A model generated the notes under the pieces. That model worked only from the letters and a program-made list of their open reading frames with translations, was not told the origin of the DNA and ran no database searches. A program made the position numbers and the translations under genes. From Sphaerodactylus townsendi (taxonomy: Eukaryota), in assembly GCF_021028975.2 (NCBI RefSeq), contig NC_059427.1, positions 78,616,001 to 78,680,000 on the forward strand: a DNA stretch of 64,000 nucleotides, given 5' to 3'. Each line of letters opens with the position of its first letter. Position 1 is the stretch's first letter. Of the stretch, positions 61,331-64,000 are shown piece after piece.

Positions 61331-62390
61331 GTATTTATTACCTCTCAGACTTTATTACTGGGCATTTTATTTTACCTTGCATAAGTACAAAAGGAAAAAC
61401 TGGAGACAGGACAAAAGACTTTAAAGACCACTTATATTTTTAGTGACACTCAAATCTTCCTTCCTGAGGCAGGAGGGTTTTCAGACATAGGGGCTTCTCT
61501 TTGATTATCAGCTCTTTCATCTTTGAAGTTCAATATGTACAAAAGAAATGACTGATAACAAAATATTTAAATGGATCTTATTGTAAACCAATTAGCAAGT
61601 AAAATCAGGAAGGGTGCCATTTGTACAACTGGTCAGTGTCTTAACGCCTGTATGGACAGATGTGGAAAAAAATAAACTGCTGGGATGATTAGGTATGTGA
61701 GTCTAATTTTCCCTACTACCACCTCAGCTGACACAGGCCAGAAAAATGACATGGGGCATATGGTGAACAAAGTGGATAGAAGCTTGGCTGGAGAGGCATA
61801 GTGTGTGTGTGAGAGAGAGAGAAAGCGTATCATAAAGCCAGCTGTCACAATGTAGATTCAGATATAAAACTGCTCCATTGGCATCTCCTTGGTTCTCACG
61901 TTTGGATATGGTTTCTAATTGCAAAGAGGTTCTCTGGAGAGTGACTATTGTCTTGTATTTCTTTCCCAGTGGGATATTAGCACTGGGGTCATATCCGCTC
62001 ACAGCAAAGGCAAGAAAACAATCCCTGCCTGCCATAGCTTGCTTTGACTCACTGGTTCCAAAAAGCCTTGCCTGCTGTTCTTTGTACAGGCTTGTGACTT
62101 AATAGTACTAATAATAATAGGACATAAAGAAAGGCACCAATCCCACACTTACTGCCTGAGAGAATCAAACCCTTTTGCTGAGCTGCAGAGCTTTGCCTTT
62201 TGGGCTTTGTGACAGATGCTCTCCCAAGGAGTTTGCCCATCATGCAGCCAGCTTATTAGTGGGAGTGTAAATGTCACAGCTTGTCTCCTGCAGAGGGAGA
62301 GTTACATTTGAGGGGAGAGAAGGAGGGGAGAGGAAGATTGGCAGGTGAAAAGAAAGCAAAAAGCCTATCTTTCAGAAATGTTCCAGCCTG

Positions 62391-62404
62391 GTTGCCATGG
62401 TGAC
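62391..62404. promoter_or_regulatory. RFX X-box motif in GRIA1 intron
   Basis: GTTGCCATGGTGAC; its reverse complement GTCACCATGGCAAC fits GTNRCC-N(0-3)-RGYAAC. Lies in repeat-free sequence. Confidence 0.45.
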
Positions 62405-63550
62405 AAGACACCTTCCCTGTTGGCTTCTTTTTTCACTGGTGAAAGCTTATCCATCATCTTGTTTGTTGCCGTATATTCTGCTTTGTCAGAAAATGTTTAA
62501 AGCTCTGCAATTGCCACTTTATCTTAAGGAAGAAAATGAAGGCAACTGTGCACCATTTAACATTGAGACAGTGGATAATGATCTTTGGTGAAATAATGAA
62601 TATTTAAATCCTATGAAAATATCCTCAATTCATTTATTTTAATTACTTCATTGTACCCGACCCTTCTCCCAAATGGGGACCCGAAGTCACTTACATTACT
62701 CTCCTGTCTTGCATTTTATCCTCACAACAACGCTTTGAAATGCATATGACTGTTAAGCCTATCGTTTGGGAACTATGTGTTTGTCAGCTAAATCCATCAG
62801 CTGCTAAATCCCCTTTGCTTTTTGTGAATTAATTTCTCAGAATTCTAGATTTTGGACATTATGCAGTATATGTGTGTAAAACTGAATCACATATGATAAA
62901 TATGATTTAAAATTCTCTATTTTGGGGGCTATTGATGTAAAACTACTGAAGTGGGTGACTGACTGACAGTATTTTTAAGCAGTGTGATTTCACATTTGAG
63001 TGTGCATTAAAAATTAATATAGGGTAGGATCCAGACTATGTTTTTCATTAAGGTAATGGATGTTTCCTCCCACTAATCACTATGAAATGTTGCTCCTGAC
63101 TGATCAGGGACCCAGAGGAACAATATGAGAGGGGTCTGAAGTGGAAAGGGAAATTGTCAATTTTGTCTAACTCCAACACATAAACCACAGATCTGGAAAA
63201 GTGGCTTTACTGGCCAAGGGAACAGGGTTCAGATCTATCAGTGATCATAGGATTACTGAAAACAGTTATCAAATCAGCATTATTTGTCAACTCTTTCACC
63301 CCTGAAAATCCCCTACTCAGCACTTTTTGGCTCTGGCAGCAAAAACACAAATGGACACTTGGTCAAAAGGACCAAAAAAACTACACACAATGCGTAGTCT
63401 ACCCATGAAAACTAATGTTGAAGAAAGTACTTTTCTCTCAAGTATAAAACACTGAAAGTTATTTTTTTTTAACGAGGGCTACAGTTCTTTGCATTAGACA
63501 ATAATTTATGTCAGTAGTTTTCAAACACTAAGATTTACTTATTTATCAAA

Positions 63551-63971
63551 GGCCGTTTCTGCACGGTGTCGACGGGGGTTGGGTCGGCGCATCCCACGCC
63601 GACCCAACCCCCCTGGGACCGTTCGCATGAACGGTCCCAGAAACAGCCGGGACGACGGCGCTGCGGAGCTGGGCAGGGGGCGTGTCCCCAGGCCTCGGCG
63701 ACGCGCCGGACGGCTGGGGACAAGGTAAGTGCAGGGTGGGAGGGGGGAGGTGCCTTGGAGCAGCTGCCATTCACACGGCAGCGGCTCCAAGCCGCCATTT
63801 TCAGAAAACCTCACTCCCTGAGCGAGGCCGGAAAACGGTGGCTTCGTGGCGGTCGGGTGGCGCGAGGGCAGCGCAGCTGCAAAGCAGCTGCGCCCCCTGT
63901 GCGAATAGCTCCCTGGGGACAGCGTTTTTGCCGTCCCCAGGGCACCATTAACCGCCTGTGCGGAAAGGGCC
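63551..63971. mobile_element. GC/CpG-rich Harbinger-like MITE (34663 family)
   Basis: GGCCGTTTCTGCACGG ... CTGTGCGGAAAGGGCC; TSD AAA/AAA. Confidence 0.9.
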
Positions 63972-64000
63972 AAAGTCTCTTGAACATTTTACCACACCTT

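Overview
Vertebrate (squamate reptile, most likely a gecko judging by its SINE and MITE repertoire) genomic DNA, about 40% GC, with two assembly gaps. The only protein-coding gene supported is the 3' end of the AMPA receptor subunit gene GRIA1 (GluA1) on the minus strand: the 135-bp M4 exon (56901-56767), the terminal coding exon (52802-52611) and a probable ~2.8-kb 3' UTR. Positions 1-49.8 kb are repeat-rich downstream intergenic DNA and 57-64 kb is GRIA1 intron; the flip/flop exons are not in the window. Almost all other ORFs are spurious or transposon fragments. Repeats include CR1, L2, Rex1/Babar, RTE and RTE-X LINE pieces, Squam3-like and 5S-derived SINEs, hAT, Tc2/pogo and PIF/Harbinger-like MITEs (several nested, many with clear target-site duplications, TSDs), two non-autonomous Helitrons in head-to-tail tandem, and a Penelope-like element. 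Best leads: (1) this GluA1 tail has Ala where mammals have the PKA site Ser845; (2) a complete minimal hammerhead ribozyme core lies in the Penelope-like insertion at 29.6 kb, inside a 73-bp perfect inverted repeat; (3) read-through of the weak GRIA1 splice donor gives an in-frame alternative tail followed 5 nt later by AATAAA, reminiscent of GluA2/GluA4 short tails. I found no convincing wholly new multi-gene system. Repeat family names come from recognition, not database searches.
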